Assembly: GCA_043745805.1 (NCBI GenBank)
Contig: JAYTSD010000017.1
Location: 160,001-224,000 of the forward strand
Origin: Fibrobacteria bacterium
Lineage (GTDB): Bacteria > Fibrobacterota > Fibrobacteria > UBA11236
DNA: 64,000 nucleotides
Reading direction: 5' to 3'
The notes under the pieces are model-generated. The model did not search any database. It saw only the letters and a program-made list of their open reading frames with translations, and had not been told where the DNA came from. Of the stretch, positions 28,529 to 39,481 are shown piece after piece; positions within the stretch are counted from its first letter, which is position 1; each line of letters starts with the position of its first letter. A program made the translations under genes and the position numbers.

Positions 28529-30276
28529 GATTAGGCCTAACCTTTTGCTTGTTCGCTTTAGGATGGGCATTAGGTAGAGGTTACTGGATTTTCGCTTTAA
28601 TTGTTGTAATATTTGTTGCGATAATTATTTATTTGTTTAATAAAAAATCGTCATTTTTTAAGAAGAGCAAAAACCCAGTTGAGCCCAATAATGAACCGGA
28701 AACGAAATCGTTTTTAAAAACGCAAAGCGCTTCTGCCAATCCAGAAAGCACGGGAAAACCAGGCCCGGCTTTGCGTGAAGATCGTAAAAAAGCCTTGCGC
28801 GATGTAGAAGAACAAATTGATATCTTGCTATCCGATGGCCTCACTTTATTGAAACAAACTTTGGATAAAACCTTTACTTTAGCGGTCTTTTTCCCCAGCC
28901 GTGACGGCGGCGTGTATTTACGATCATGGATTTCGGAAAGCGAATCTTTAATTGGTGGAGCGACTTTACAAAGTAATCAGGGATTAGCTGGTAAGCTATT
29001 GAAGGATGATATTACGCGTGTATTAGAAGGTGATATTATTACCGATTCCACGCAATTGCATTATTATGCAGCAAATGAAGGCATAAATTCTTTGGCTGGT
29101 GTACCTATTTTGGTACAGGGATCGCGCCGTGGAGCAATTTTAGTCGACAGCTTGGAAAAGCAAGCCTTTGATAATCACACCATTGAAAACCTCGAAGAAT
29201 TTGCGCGCTTAATTGGTCACCTTGTTTATTATGCCTATTTGTCTTGTGAAAATGCGCATCAACGCGATCAGCTTATTGCGCTTAGTCAATACCAACGGAA
29301 ATTTTTGGAGAATATGTCGCTCGATAATATTCTATTACATGTGCGCGAGTATATGACACAGAGTGTAGAAGGCGAACGCTTTATGGTTATTGCTCGCCAA
29401 GAAGAAAATTCGCAGGCTGGTAAAGTGATTAGCTGCGAAGGCGTGGGCACAAAATTCTTTCAAGATCTTTATTTTGATTTTTCGGAAAAAGGTTTAATCT
29501 CTTTAGTCTTTGAAAAAGAACAAATTATTAATCGAAGTTTTCAGGGGTTTGAATATACACCTCGCTTTGGCAGCAAAGAAAAACCCGATCCACAATGGTC
29601 TTGTCTCATGGCAGTTCCCGTGCATACAGATCAAGGTGTGGATATGGCGCTAATGGTGGAAAGCTCACGCTTAAAACGTTATTCGGAATATCAACAGGCC
29701 ATGTTGCTCACTATCGCAAGAGCCATGGGATTTGCCCTTTCGCGTGCGCGCCTCTATCAAGAAAAAGAACACCTAGCGAGTCGCGATGGATTGACTGGCG
29801 TACAAAACCGTCGCGTTTTTAATGAACAATTTCAAAAGGAAATTCTTCGGGCTCAGCGGCAAGATGTGCAAGTTGCGGTGCTTATGATGGACATCGATCA
29901 TTTTAAAAAAGTAAATGACACTTATGGGCATGCCGCCGGTGATTTGGTCTTAAAAGAAGTGGCGGGTATTTTGTCGCAAGCGGTACGCGCAGGAAGTGAC
30001 ACTTTAGCGCGTTTTGGGGGCGAAGAATTTGTGTGTTTACTGACGGAAACTACACCTAGTCGAGCAATGGAAACGGCTGAGCGGATTCGACATAGCGTGG
30101 CACAAAAAAGTTTTGATACCGGAAATGGAATACCTTTTCAAGTCACCATTAGTATTGGTGGCGCTATTTTTCCTGATGATTCGCGTCATGGAAAAGAGCT
30201 TTTAGAAAAAGCCGATAAGGCGCTGTATAAGGCAAAGGAAAGCGGACGCAACCGCGCTATATTTTATAATGGCTAA
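28525..30276 (+). CDS. Membrane-anchored GAF-GAF-GGDEF diguanylate cyclase
   Basis: N-terminal TM, two GAF-like domains, DGLTGVQNRR, DIDHFKKVNDTYGH, RFGGEEF, ADKALYKAK. ATG 28525 overlaps the lptG stop. Confidence 0.9.
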   Translation: MRLGLTFCLFALGWALGRGYWIFALIVVIFVAIIIYLFNKKSSFFKKSKNPVEPNNEPETKSFLKTQSASANPESTGKPGPALREDRKKALRDVEEQIDILLSDGLTLLKQTLDKTFTLAVFFPSRDGGVYLRSWISESESLIGGATLQSNQGLAGKLLKDDITRVLEGDIITDSTQLHYYAANEGINSLAGVPILVQGSRRGAILVDSLEKQAFDNHTIENLEEFARLIGHLVYYAYLSCENAHQRDQLIALSQYQRKFLENMSLDNILLHVREYMTQSVEGERFMVIARQEENSQAGKVISCEGVGTKFFQDLYFDFSEKGLISLVFEKEQIINRSFQGFEYTPRFGSKEKPDPQWSCLMAVPVHTDQGVDMALMVESSRLKRYSEYQQAMLLTIARAMGFALSRARLYQEKEHLASRDGLTGVQNRRVFNEQFQKEILRAQRQDVQVAVLMMDIDHFKKVNDTYGHAAGDLVLKEVAGILSQAVRAGSDTLARFGGEEFVCLLTETTPSRAMETAERIRHSVAQKSFDTGNGIPFQVTISIGGAIFPDDSRHGKELLEKADKALYKAKESGRNRAIFYNG

Positions 30277-30294
30277 AAGGAAATAAAGAGGGCT

Positions 30295-31794
30295 ATGTTC
30301 GGAATCTGGGATTGGGCTGTAGTAGCCACTTACTTTGCTGGAATTGCTTGGATTGGTTTTTACTTTTCCAATAAAAGCAAAAATTATTCAGAGTTTATGT
30401 TTGGTGGCGGGAGCATGCCTTGGCTGGCCATAGGTATTTCTTTAATTGCAACTTCAGTAAGTGCCACCACATTTTTAGGTGAGCCGGCGGATGCTTATGC
30501 CAATGATATGAGTTTGCTCATGCTTAATTTTGGAGCTCTCTTGGCCATTTTAATTATTGGAAAAGTTTTCATTCCCCGTTTTCGGGCGGCCGGAATTCGC
30601 TCGGCTTATGAGTTATTAGAATTGCGTTTTTCGCGTAAGGTACGTCTCTTGGCCGCTACGCTTTATTGCGGACATTTATTATTACGTACCGGTATCTTAG
30701 TTTATGGTCCCTCGCTTGTGCTTTCAAAAATTATGCATGTGCCGATGATAGTCGCTATTGGAATGATCTCCATTGTAGCTATGCTCTATACTTTTTTTGG
30801 AGGTATTAAGGCCGTTACTTGGACCGATGTGATTCAGTTTTCCATTTTCTTTGGAAGTGGAATTGCGGCTTTATTATTTGTGGCCCACGCCGTGGGATCC
30901 TTTGGCGAAACCTTATCCTTGGCTGCGCAAGCGGGAAAAACCCATTGGATAGATTTTCACTTTGATCCGCATAGCGCCCGCAATATATGGTCGGCTGGCA
31001 TGGCCTATATTGTTTTTGAAGTGGCCATACGTGGCTGCGATCAACAATTTGTGCAACGTTACCTCTCGTGCAAAAGTGTAAAGGAAGCCAATTATTCTTC
31101 CACGAGTTCGGTTTTTTTAGGTGTGGCAGTGGGTTGTATTTTCTTTACTTTGGGCGCTTTTCTTTATGTTTATTTCCAAGTTAAAAAGGTGGAAATTCTT
31201 CCCCCTATGGGCGTGAATGAAGTATTCCCCTATTTCATTCTAAATATTTTACCCACGGGTTTTAAAGGTCTTTTGGTAGCAGCCATTTTTGCTGCGGCTA
31301 TGGGTGCCCTTAGCTCTGCCTTTACAGCCTTGTCGAACACCGCTGCAATTGATTTATTTCCCCGTAAAGAAAATACCAGTGGTGAAGTCAGTCTTTGGCA
31401 TGCTAAAAAATGGGTATTGATTTGGGGAGCTATTAGCACATTAACAGCTTCGCTTTGTGCCTTAGGCAATGTTTCTTTATTATCGAAAGCTTTATTCTTT
31501 ACTTCGCTTTTTACCGGTCCCCTTTTAGGCATGTTTTTATTAGCCTTCTTTGCCCCCTTTGTTAAGCCTTTGGCCGTTATACTTGGCGTCTTTGCGGGCA
31601 TAGCTGCTTTATTACCTTTTTTACAAATCCCTATCTTTCCCGATTTATGGTGGAAGCCAATTTATGCTTTTGCTTGGCCTTGGAATCCTTTAATCGCCTT
31701 AAGTGCAATGCTCGTAACGTCCTTGTTACTTAATTTGGTTTTACCGAATCAAAAAAACCAGCAAAAAGATCAGCGGAGAGAATTATATGCTTGA
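30295..31794 (+). CDS. Sodium:solute symporter (SSS family)
   Basis: Many TMs; SATTFLG, SAYELLE.RF, GGIKAVTWTDVIQ, DQQFVQRYL, GLLVAAIFAAAM. Confidence 0.9.
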   Translation: MFGIWDWAVVATYFAGIAWIGFYFSNKSKNYSEFMFGGGSMPWLAIGISLIATSVSATTFLGEPADAYANDMSLLMLNFGALLAILIIGKVFIPRFRAAGIRSAYELLELRFSRKVRLLAATLYCGHLLLRTGILVYGPSLVLSKIMHVPMIVAIGMISIVAMLYTFFGGIKAVTWTDVIQFSIFFGSGIAALLFVAHAVGSFGETLSLAAQAGKTHWIDFHFDPHSARNIWSAGMAYIVFEVAIRGCDQQFVQRYLSCKSVKEANYSSTSSVFLGVAVGCIFFTLGAFLYVYFQVKKVEILPPMGVNEVFPYFILNILPTGFKGLLVAAIFAAAMGALSSAFTALSNTAAIDLFPRKENTSGEVSLWHAKKWVLIWGAISTLTASLCALGNVSLLSKALFFTSLFTGPLLGMFLLAFFAPFVKPLAVILGVFAGIAALLPFLQIPIFPDLWWKPIYAFAWPWNPLIALSAMLVTSLLLNLVLPNQKNQQKDQRRELYA

Positions 31795-32257
31795 GCTTCC
31801 CGACGATAATTTTTTCATGCAACATGCCATTCGTGAAGCGGAATGGGCTTATCGCGAAAGAGAAGTGCCGATAGGTTGTGTAATAGTCAAAGAAGGCATC
31901 ATAATTGGTAAAGGCTATAATCGCGTAGAAGCTTTACATGATCCCACTGCACATGCCGAAATCATTGCTATTGGAGCGGCCTGCAATCAATTAGAGAATT
32001 GGCGCTTAGAGGGCTGTACGTTGTATTGCACTTTAGAGCCTTGTCCTATGTGCGCGGGAGCGATTTTGAATTCGCGAATTTCCAAAGTGGTTTATGGATC
32101 GCGCGATAAAAGATTAGGCGCTTTAGGATCCACTTATAATATCTTGGAGAATAATCCGCTTAATCGCCCAGTGGAAGTATTACACAATGTAATGCCTGAA
32201 GAATGCTTGGGATTGATTCAAGATTTTTTTGCAGAATTAAGAGAAAAAAAAGGGTAA
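31787..32257 (+). CDS. tadA: tRNA adenosine(34) deaminase
   Basis: EVPIGCVIV, DPTAHAE, WRL, TLEPCPMCAGAI, FF..LR. Confidence 0.9.
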   Translation: MLELPDDNFFMQHAIREAEWAYREREVPIGCVIVKEGIIIGKGYNRVEALHDPTAHAEIIAIGAACNQLENWRLEGCTLYCTLEPCPMCAGAILNSRISKVVYGSRDKRLGALGSTYNILENNPLNRPVEVLHNVMPEECLGLIQDFFAELREKKG

Positions 32258-32299
32258 CCTAAAAGCTACCCTAATCTGTTTTAGCGGCTAATTCGGGGG

Positions 32300-32905
32300 C
32301 TAAATTTTTCCTGCGTCAGAAAGCCATTTCAGCCATTGATACAAAGCCAAAGTACGGTGGCTACCACGAGCTTTTATTTCACTACCCATTTCCGCAAAAG
32401 TATAAGTTGTGCCATCGGGAATAAATAAGCTGTCATAACCAAACCCTTGTGTGCCACGCTCTTCGGTGGCAATAGTGCCATTACATACGCCAGTAAAAAA
32501 ATAAGGTTTACTATTGGTTTTTAAATAGCAAAGGACGCAAACAAAGCGCGCACGACGATTGGTTTTACCCTGCATAGTCTCTAAAAGTTTTTGGCGATTA
32601 TGCGCTTCATTGGCCTGAGGGCCGGCAAAGCGTGCGGAATAAATTCCCGGCGCATCACCTAAGGCCTCAACCTCTAAACCACTGTCATCACTGAGTACAG
32701 GCGATTGACTAAAACGAGATAAAACTTTTGCTTTCAATAAAGCATTTTCAGCAAAGGTTTCGCCGGTTTCAGGAATTTCTTCCACAAAACCAATTTCTTT
32801 GGAGGACATAACTAAAAAACCCAAGGGAGATAATAATGAAACTATTTCTTGAGTCTTACCCGCATTGGCGCTAGCTAGGACGATTTTTCTTTGAAATTCT
32901 GACAT
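32300..32905 (-). CDS. rdgB: Non-canonical purine NTP pyrophosphatase (RdgB/Ham1)
   Basis: ASANAGK..E, ETGETFAENALLKA, DDSGLEV, PGIYSARF, GFGYD, SHR. Confidence 0.92.
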   Translation of the reverse strand: MSEFQRKIVLASANAGKTQEIVSLLSPLGFLVMSSKEIGFVEEIPETGETFAENALLKAKVLSRFSQSPVLSDDSGLEVEALGDAPGIYSARFAGPQANEAHNRQKLLETMQGKTNRRARFVCVLCYLKTNSKPYFFTGVCNGTIATEERGTQGFGYDSLFIPDGTTYTFAEMGSEIKARGSHRTLALYQWLKWLSDAGKI

Positions 32906-32912
32906 AAGAATA

Positions 32913-35444
32913 TTATACCGGTTTTACTACGAAGTTAACCAGTTTATCCTTTACTATAATAATTTTTATGACTTGTTGATTCTCTAAATAAGTACTGAAT
33001 TTAGGCTCTTGTTTGGCAAGGATTTCGAGTTCACTTTCCAATGTTCCTTTTTGCACTTCCAAACGTACGCGCACTTTCCCATTGGTTTGTAACACTACGG
33101 TTACGGTATTTTCAACGGTCAAAGCTTCTTCATAAGTTGGCCAAGTTACATAAGTTAGCGTTTCCGTATGCCCTAGGGATTCCCATACCTCTTCCGCAAA
33201 ATGAGGTGCAAAGGGTGCAACTAATAAAGCCAATGTTTCGGCGACCTTGCGAGAAACCGAACCCGTTTTTTCATGGTCTTCACTCAACTCATTGCAAAAA
33301 ATCATTAATTGCGATATCGCGGTATTGAAGCGAAGATGTTCAATATCTTCGGTAACTTTTTTAATGGTTTGATGTAACCGTTTTTGAATTAACTCCGAAG
33401 GACCGTCTTCACTTAATCGTAAAGTTGATTTTTCATCGCCAACGGTTAAACGCCAAACCTTATTTAAAAAACGCCATAAGCCTTCTATACCAGCGGTTTG
33501 CCAAGGCTTCTGCCTTTCCAATGGCCCCATAAACATTTCATATAAGCGCATAGAATCCGCGCCATAATCCTTAATCACATCATCAGGATTTACCACATTA
33601 CCCCGTGACTTTGACATTTTTTCGCCATCTTCACCAAGGATTAATCCTTGATTTACCAATTTGTAAAACGGTTCAGTTTGCGAAACCAAGCCCAGATCAA
33701 AAAGAAATTTATGCCAAAAGCGAGCGTATAATAAATGCAATACGGCATGCTCAGCCCCACCGATATATAAATCGACGGGCATCCAATATTTTTCCGCGTC
33801 CTTACTAAAAGGCTCCAAATCGTTCATCGGATCGAGATAACGCAAAAAATACCAACTCGAACCCGCCCATTGCGGCATGGTATTTAATTCGCGCATGCCA
33901 TGTAAGGAAACCTCGGCGTTACTGTAATTAAGCCAATCTTTAGCCTTCGCGAGTGGTGGTTCAAAAGTTCCCGTAGGTTTAAAATCTTCTAGGGCTGGCA
34001 ACTTAATTGGCAAATCACTATCGGGTACCGCTTCGGTTCCATTTGCACCGTGTACAATAGGAAAGGGTTCGCCCCAATATCTTTGACGTGAAAAAAGCCA
34101 GTCGCGTAAACGATACTGCGTTTTAGCCTGACCGATTTTTTTTGCTTCCAGCCATGCAATCATTTTGCTTTTAGCAACTTCGGCATTTAAGCCATTTAAG
34201 AAATCAGAATTAATCAGCAATCCATCGGCAGTATAGGCTTCTTTGCCAATTTCTCCACCAGCGATGACTTCCATAATAGGCAAAGAAAATTTTTTGGCAA
34301 AGGCATAATCCCTTACATCATGCGCAGGTACAGCCATAATGGCGCCAGTGCCATAACCCATCATGACATAATCCGCCGTCCAAATAGGTATTTGCTGACC
34401 ATTCACAGGATTAATAGCAAAGGCTCCGGTAAACACACCAGATTTTTCTTTTTCTATGCCACGTTCTAAATCCGATTTACTACTCGATTCTTTTCGATAG
34501 GCTTTCACGGCTTCTTTTTGCACAGGAGTAGTAATAATATCAAGTAATGGATGTTCTGGCGCTACCACCATATAGGTTGCTCCGAATAAGGTATCGGGAC
34601 GGGTGGTAAAAATTTCTAAGGAAAACTCATGGCCCACTAAAGCAAAATGCATTTCCGCACCGATGGATTTACCCACCCAATTTCTTTGCATTTGTTTAAT
34701 GGAATCGGGCCAATCTAATCCATTTAAATCGGAAAGTAATCTTTCGGCATATGCGGTAATGCGTAACACCCATTGTCGCATTGGTTTACGTTCACAAGGA
34801 AATTGACCACGCTCACTATGCCCATCTATTACTTCTTCATTGGCTAGCACCGTGCCCAATTCTTGGCACCACCATACGGGTACTTCGGCAATATAAGCCA
34901 TGCGAAATCCGTCTTGATATTTATTAATCGCTAACTTGCCTTGTACAGTATTTGGAATCGGTAATTCGGCAATGGGACGAGCCTTTTGCGCAGAAAAATC
35001 ATACCAATGTTCAAAAAGTTGCTTGAATATCCACTGCGTCCATTTAAAATAACGAGGATCTGCGGTGCTAATTTCGCGATCCCAATCATAAGAAAATCCT
35101 AAGGCGCGGATTTGGCGACGAAAATTATTGATATTGCTTTCTGTGGTTACCGCAGGATGAGTTCCGGTTTTAATGGCATGCTGTTCGGCAGGTAAACCAA
35201 AAGCATCCCAGCCCATTGGATGTAAAACATTAAAGCCTTGCATGCGTTTATAGCGGCATACTATATCCGTGGCGGTATAACCTTCGGGATGCCCTACATG
35301 CAAACCATTTGCGGAGGGATAGGGAAACATATCCAAGCAATAAAACTTGGGTTTAGTTTTGTCTTGGCCAGCACGAAATGATTTATTGGCGAGCCAATAT
35401 TCTTGCCATTTAGGCTCAACCGAATGAGGATTATATCTAGGCAC
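32913..35444 (-). CDS. leuS: Leucine--tRNA ligase
   Basis: [58 protein letters not shown]. Confidence 0.97.
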   Translation of the reverse strand: MPRYNPHSVEPKWQEYWLANKSFRAGQDKTKPKFYCLDMFPYPSANGLHVGHPEGYTATDIVCRYKRMQGFNVLHPMGWDAFGLPAEQHAIKTGTHPAVTTESNINNFRRQIRALGFSYDWDREISTADPRYFKWTQWIFKQLFEHWYDFSAQKARPIAELPIPNTVQGKLAINKYQDGFRMAYIAEVPVWWCQELGTVLANEEVIDGHSERGQFPCERKPMRQWVLRITAYAERLLSDLNGLDWPDSIKQMQRNWVGKSIGAEMHFALVGHEFSLEIFTTRPDTLFGATYMVVAPEHPLLDIITTPVQKEAVKAYRKESSSKSDLERGIEKEKSGVFTGAFAINPVNGQQIPIWTADYVMMGYGTGAIMAVPAHDVRDYAFAKKFSLPIMEVIAGGEIGKEAYTADGLLINSDFLNGLNAEVAKSKMIAWLEAKKIGQAKTQYRLRDWLFSRQRYWGEPFPIVHGANGTEAVPDSDLPIKLPALEDFKPTGTFEPPLAKAKDWLNYSNAEVSLHGMRELNTMPQWAGSSWYFLRYLDPMNDLEPFSKDAEKYWMPVDLYIGGAEHAVLHLLYARFWHKFLFDLGLVSQTEPFYKLVNQGLILGEDGEKMSKSRGNVVNPDDVIKDYGADSMRLYEMFMGPLERQKPWQTAGIEGLWRFLNKVWRLTVGDEKSTLRLSEDGPSELIQKRLHQTIKKVTEDIEHLRFNTAISQLMIFCNELSEDHEKTGSVSRKVAETLALLVAPFAPHFAEEVWESLGHTETLTYVTWPTYEEALTVENTVTVVLQTNGKVRVRLEVQKGTLESELEILAKQEPKFSTYLENQQVIKIIIVKDKLVNFVVKPV

Positions 35445-35586
35445 CTTATATCCTTAGAAAATGTTAGGTAAAGGTAAAAAAAATGCTTCCCCAAAATTGT
35501 AATTAACCAAATAACTGAAGGAAATTTAGGCTTGAGTCTTGTATATTTTACGCCCGACATTGGGGATGTCGTTTTGAAAGGTGATC

Positions 35587-36567
35587 ATGAAATTTAGAAC
35601 ATTGGGGAAAACGGGAATTAGTATTTCCGAAATCGGTTTTGGTGCCTGGGCCCTGGGTGGAGCAATGTGGGCTGGCCAAAATGATGACGATTCATTACAA
35701 GCCTTACAACACGCAATCAGCAAGGGTGTCAATTTTATTGATACCGCTGCCGGTTATGGTAATGGACATAGTGAAAAAGTTATTGGAAAATTCTTAAGCG
35801 GGCAAAAAGAAAAAATTTGGGTTGCAACGAAAATACCTCCCGCAGCAGGTTCTTGGCCCCCTTCGCCCTATGATAAAATAGAAGACTGTTATCCCGAAAA
35901 ATATATACGCGAAATGGTGGAAGAACGTCTGCGTTATCTCAATGTGGATTGCATTGATATTTTACAATTGCATACTTGGACCAGGGCGTGGAATAAAAAC
36001 CCCAAAGCTTTGGATACCTTACGTAAAATTCAAGCCGAAGGGAAAATCAAACATATTGGTATATCTACTCCTGAACAGGATCAAAATAGCCTCATTGAAT
36101 TGATGAGAAAAGGTTATCTCGATGTTGTACAAGTGATTTACAATCTCTTTGAACAAGAGCCTGCTGCCGAATTTTTGCCTGCGGCTTTAGAAGCAAAAGT
36201 AGGTGTCATTGTGCGCGTGGCCTTTGATGAAGGTTCGCTTACCGGTAAATTTACTGTCGATTCAAAATTTGCCGAAGGTGATTTTCGTGCCGACTATTTT
36301 CATGGCGATCGCTTTCCACGTACCGTACGTCGCGTGGAATTAATTAAAAAAGATTTAGTGGGTTCTGGTTATACCATGCCACAAGCGGCTTTGAAATTTG
36401 TATTGGCGCATCCTGCTGTTGGAGTAGTTATTCCTGGCATACGTAATATTGCACAAGCCGAGGCTAATACTTCGGTTTCGGATATGACGCCGATGCCTCA
36501 AAGCTTACTCGAAAAATTACATGCACATAATTGGTTACGAGGAAACTGGTATCCGGGAAATTTATAA
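35587..36567 (+). CDS. Aldo/keto reductase
   Basis: LGKTG..ISEIGFG, FIDTAAGYG.GHSE, VATK, LQLH, IGIS, VIPG. Confidence 0.92.
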   Translation: MKFRTLGKTGISISEIGFGAWALGGAMWAGQNDDDSLQALQHAISKGVNFIDTAAGYGNGHSEKVIGKFLSGQKEKIWVATKIPPAAGSWPPSPYDKIEDCYPEKYIREMVEERLRYLNVDCIDILQLHTWTRAWNKNPKALDTLRKIQAEGKIKHIGISTPEQDQNSLIELMRKGYLDVVQVIYNLFEQEPAAEFLPAALEAKVGVIVRVAFDEGSLTGKFTVDSKFAEGDFRADYFHGDRFPRTVRRVELIKKDLVGSGYTMPQAALKFVLAHPAVGVVIPGIRNIAQAEANTSVSDMTPMPQSLLEKLHAHNWLRGNWYPGNL

Positions 36568-36607
36568 ACTTAAGCGCTAACCACATGCTACTTATGCGTT
36601 ACCTGGA

Positions 36608-36637
36608 GTTACCTTTAACTTTCAAGTGAGAGGTAAC
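36608..36637. terminator. Hairpin between convergent genes, possible bidirectional terminator
   Basis: GTTACCTTTAACTT / AAGTGAGAGGTAAC imperfect stem. Confidence 0.45.
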
Positions 36638-36655
36638 CTTTAATTAATCGCTAAA

Positions 36656-37321
36656 TTATTCTACAAATCGAATCGGCGAATTACGATCCACGCCTACGGC
36701 ACTGCGTTCATAAAAATCTGCCAATAATCGCAATCTTTCCGGCTCCGATAATACAAAATTTTCACGCCCTTTTTTTTCCATCCAACGATCCACGGTGGAA
36801 ATCAATACTCCCCCACAAACGGACACATTCATGCTTTCGGTGAGACCACGTTGCGGTATTTTAAAAGCTATGTCGGCAGCGGCAATTGTGTCGGGATGAT
36901 TGCCTAAGGTTTCGGATCCTAAATAAAAAGCCGTCGGCTTAGAAAAGTCTAAATCCTGTAAATAGGTTGTGGCATTGGTAGAGGCCACAGCCACCTGATA
37001 ACCTTTGGCTTTAAGATTTTGTAAACAGGTACTGCGTTTTTTATAACGATAAATATCCAACCATTTATAACTGCCTTTTAAAATGGAGCGTGTAATGGCA
37101 TAAGCATTCACTTCTTCGATAACATGTACATCTTGCAATCCAAAGACTTCGCAAGTGCGAATCACCGCACTAATATTATGTTGATCTTTTAAATCTTCCA
37201 TCACCATGGTGAAATAACGAGTACGCTGATTAACGGTTTTTTGTAATAAATCACGACGCGCAGGAGTTAATTTAAAAGCATATTTTTCAATTAATGCTTG
37301 TATTTCGGGCACATTTTCCAT
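36656..37321 (-). CDS. SpoU/TrmH-family RNA 2'-O-methyltransferase
   Basis: HNISAVIRTCEVFG, LGSETLG, IPQRGLTESMNVSV. Confidence 0.88.
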   Translation of the reverse strand: MENVPEIQALIEKYAFKLTPARRDLLQKTVNQRTRYFTMVMEDLKDQHNISAVIRTCEVFGLQDVHVIEEVNAYAITRSILKGSYKWLDIYRYKKRSTCLQNLKAKGYQVAVASTNATTYLQDLDFSKPTAFYLGSETLGNHPDTIAAADIAFKIPQRGLTESMNVSVCGGVLISTVDRWMEKKGRENFVLSEPERLRLLADFYERSAVGVDRNSPIRFVE

Positions 37322-37322
37322 G

Positions 37323-38219
37323 CTAGGGTAATTTCAAAAGTGAGTCTATTTTCATTTTATCTTCCAATGACCATTGAGGATCTTTTCGGAGTGAATCGGC
37401 ACCTCCATTGGCAAGCTTTTGTGCCGAACTGGTAATGTCTAAAAGTACATCATGAATTTTTCCATCGACAATTTTTTTGAAAAGTCCCAAATTCATAATC
37501 CCATTAATAACTCCATTACCAGGGAATACTAAAATTTTCATTTTATAATAAAGTCCTTTTTGCGGATCGCGATAATAAGAAAATTCTAAGAGAGCTGGTC
37601 CTTTTAATTTCCACCAAGCAATTTCCGCGACACCTTGTCCAAAATAAAATAAGCGTTTTTCGGTGAAGTTTCCTGAAATGAACCGTGCTTCTCCACTTAA
37701 GCGTTTGCCCTTAGTGCCTTTAAAAAAATTATGTGTCGTATCCACATAGACCGCAGTATATTGCTCGGTTTGAAAATAACTGACTAATTTAGCGGCAAAT
37801 GGTAAATCACTGAGTAAATATTCTAAACGTTTTTCACTAATCGGTACAAAATCTTCAATAATATAAATGACGCGATATTCCATACCTAAAAAGCGATAGA
37901 GTTTATAACCCACGGTAGGATTATCAGGACCTATGCCTCGCTGATTCAATAATCGGCCTTCGGCACAACGTGTGGAATCATAGCTAAAATTACTTTTTCC
38001 TAAGGCAGTAGAGTCAGGACAATAGGTCGCTTGTTTAGGTAACCCGCAATGCCAAATGAATTGACAATAATCTCTTTGCCCTTCAGAAAGGGTAATAGAA
38101 ACTTGGGTATTAGCGCGCGGCGCTGTATTGGGAGTGGCGGACCTAGCTTTGGAATTTCCCGCATTCAGCAAGGCCCAGGCCGCCAATACGCAAAATCCAA
38201 TGCTAAAAATCCGCCGCAT
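37323..38219 (-). CDS. Exported hypothetical protein with N-terminal Cys cluster
   Basis: Signal peptide, 298-aa ORF tightly packed in the operon, no recognised family. Confidence 0.6.
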   Translation of the reverse strand: MRRIFSIGFCVLAAWALLNAGNSKARSATPNTAPRANTQVSITLSEGQRDYCQFIWHCGLPKQATYCPDSTALGKSNFSYDSTRCAEGRLLNQRGIGPDNPTVGYKLYRFLGMEYRVIYIIEDFVPISEKRLEYLLSDLPFAAKLVSYFQTEQYTAVYVDTTHNFFKGTKGKRLSGEARFISGNFTEKRLFYFGQGVAEIAWWKLKGPALLEFSYYRDPQKGLYYKMKILVFPGNGVINGIMNLGLFKKIVDGKIHDVLLDITSSAQKLANGGADSLRKDPQWSLEDKMKIDSLLKLP

Positions 38220-38239
38220 ATAACTTAAGCTAAAAAAAA

Positions 38240-39481
38240 TTAATGCTCAAAGCTTTTAAAAATTAAGGTGCAATTATGTCCGCCAAAACCAAAGGAATTA
38301 GATAATACCGCCTTGACCTTTTTTTCCTGCGCGACATTCGCGACATAATTTAAATCACACTCTTCATCTTTTTCAGTTTGATTAATAGTGGGATGAACAA
38401 TGTCCTGAGTTAAGGCTTGAATATCCGCTATGGCTTCCACGGCCCCAGCCGCACCCAATAAATGACCAATCATCGATTTAGTGGAATGCACTAAAAGTTT
38501 ATTAGCATGCTCGCCAAAACATTTTTTGATGGCTTTGGTTTCTCCAGCGTCGCCTAGTGGAGTGGACGTACCATGTGCGTTAACCACATCAATATCTTCA
38601 GGATTCATTTTTGCCGAAGCCAGCGCCAATTTCATAGCGCGATAGCCGCCATTACCTTCGGGATGAGGAGCCGTAATGTGATGTGCATCACAAGTTTGTC
38701 CAAAACCAACTATCTCAGCATAAATTCTGGCGCCACGTGCCTTGGCATGATCCAAACTTTCAAATACCAAAACGCCCGAACCTTCGCTCATAACAAAACC
38801 ATCACGGCCTTTATCAAAAGGACGAGATGCCTCAGTAGGGCTTTCATTGCGGGTAGAAAGAGCTTTCATATTCGCAAAGCCGGCATAAATAATTTCACAA
38901 AGTGTAGACTCTGATCCACCAGTGAACATAATGTCGGCATCGCCACGCTTAATAATTTCAAACGCTTCCCCCATACTATGATTTGCGCTGGCGCAAGCAG
39001 ACAACATGGTAAAATTTGGGCCTTGCAAATTATTTTCAATGGCAAAATAAGCGGGAACCGTATTGGCTAACATCATAGGAATAAAAAATGGAGAAACACG
39101 ACGATGACCTTTTTCAATCATCACGCGCATATCCGATTCGAATACACCTGTGCCACCGATACCTGTACCAATAGCCACACCCGCACGTTCGGGATCAAAA
39201 TGTCCTTTTAAACCGGCATCTTCCATCGCTTGCGTTGCGGCCACATGGGCATATACTACACAACGATCTAAACGCTTCGCCATTTTCTGATCTTTGAAAA
39301 AGGGCAAATAATCAAAGTCCGCCACTTGACCGCCAATGCGACTAGTCATGGTGCTATTATCAAATCGATCCACTATGCGAATTCCACTTTGGCCGGCAGC
39401 TAATTTTTTCCAATAGTCTTCCACATTCAAGGCTAAAGGATTAATCGTTCCCAAGCCTGTTATTACTACTCTTTGACTCAT
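38240..39481 (-). CDS. fabF: Beta-ketoacyl-ACP synthase II
   Basis: RVVITGLG, SACAS (catalytic Cys), NAHGTST, KSMIGHLLGAAG, SNSFGFGGHN. Confidence 0.95.
   Translation of the reverse strand: MSQRVVITGLGTINPLALNVEDYWKKLAAGQSGIRIVDRFDNSTMTSRIGGQVADFDYLPFFKDQKMAKRLDRCVVYAHVAATQAMEDAGLKGHFDPERAGVAIGTGIGGTGVFESDMRVMIEKGHRRVSPFFIPMMLANTVPAYFAIENNLQGPNFTMLSACASANHSMGEAFEIIKRGDADIMFTGGSESTLCEIIYAGFANMKALSTRNESPTEASRPFDKGRDGFVMSEGSGVLVFESLDHAKARGARIYAEIVGFGQTCDAHHITAPHPEGNGGYRAMKLALASAKMNPEDIDVVNAHGTSTPLGDAGETKAIKKCFGEHANKLLVHSTKSMIGHLLGAAGAVEAIADIQALTQDIVHPTINQTEKDEECDLNYVANVAQEKKVKAVLSNSFGFGGHNCTLIFKSFEH

Noticed and set aside
31787-32905. tadA next to rdgB as an inosine-handling module
   Set aside because: Convergent genes in separate operons, both ordinary housekeeping; no evidence of coupling
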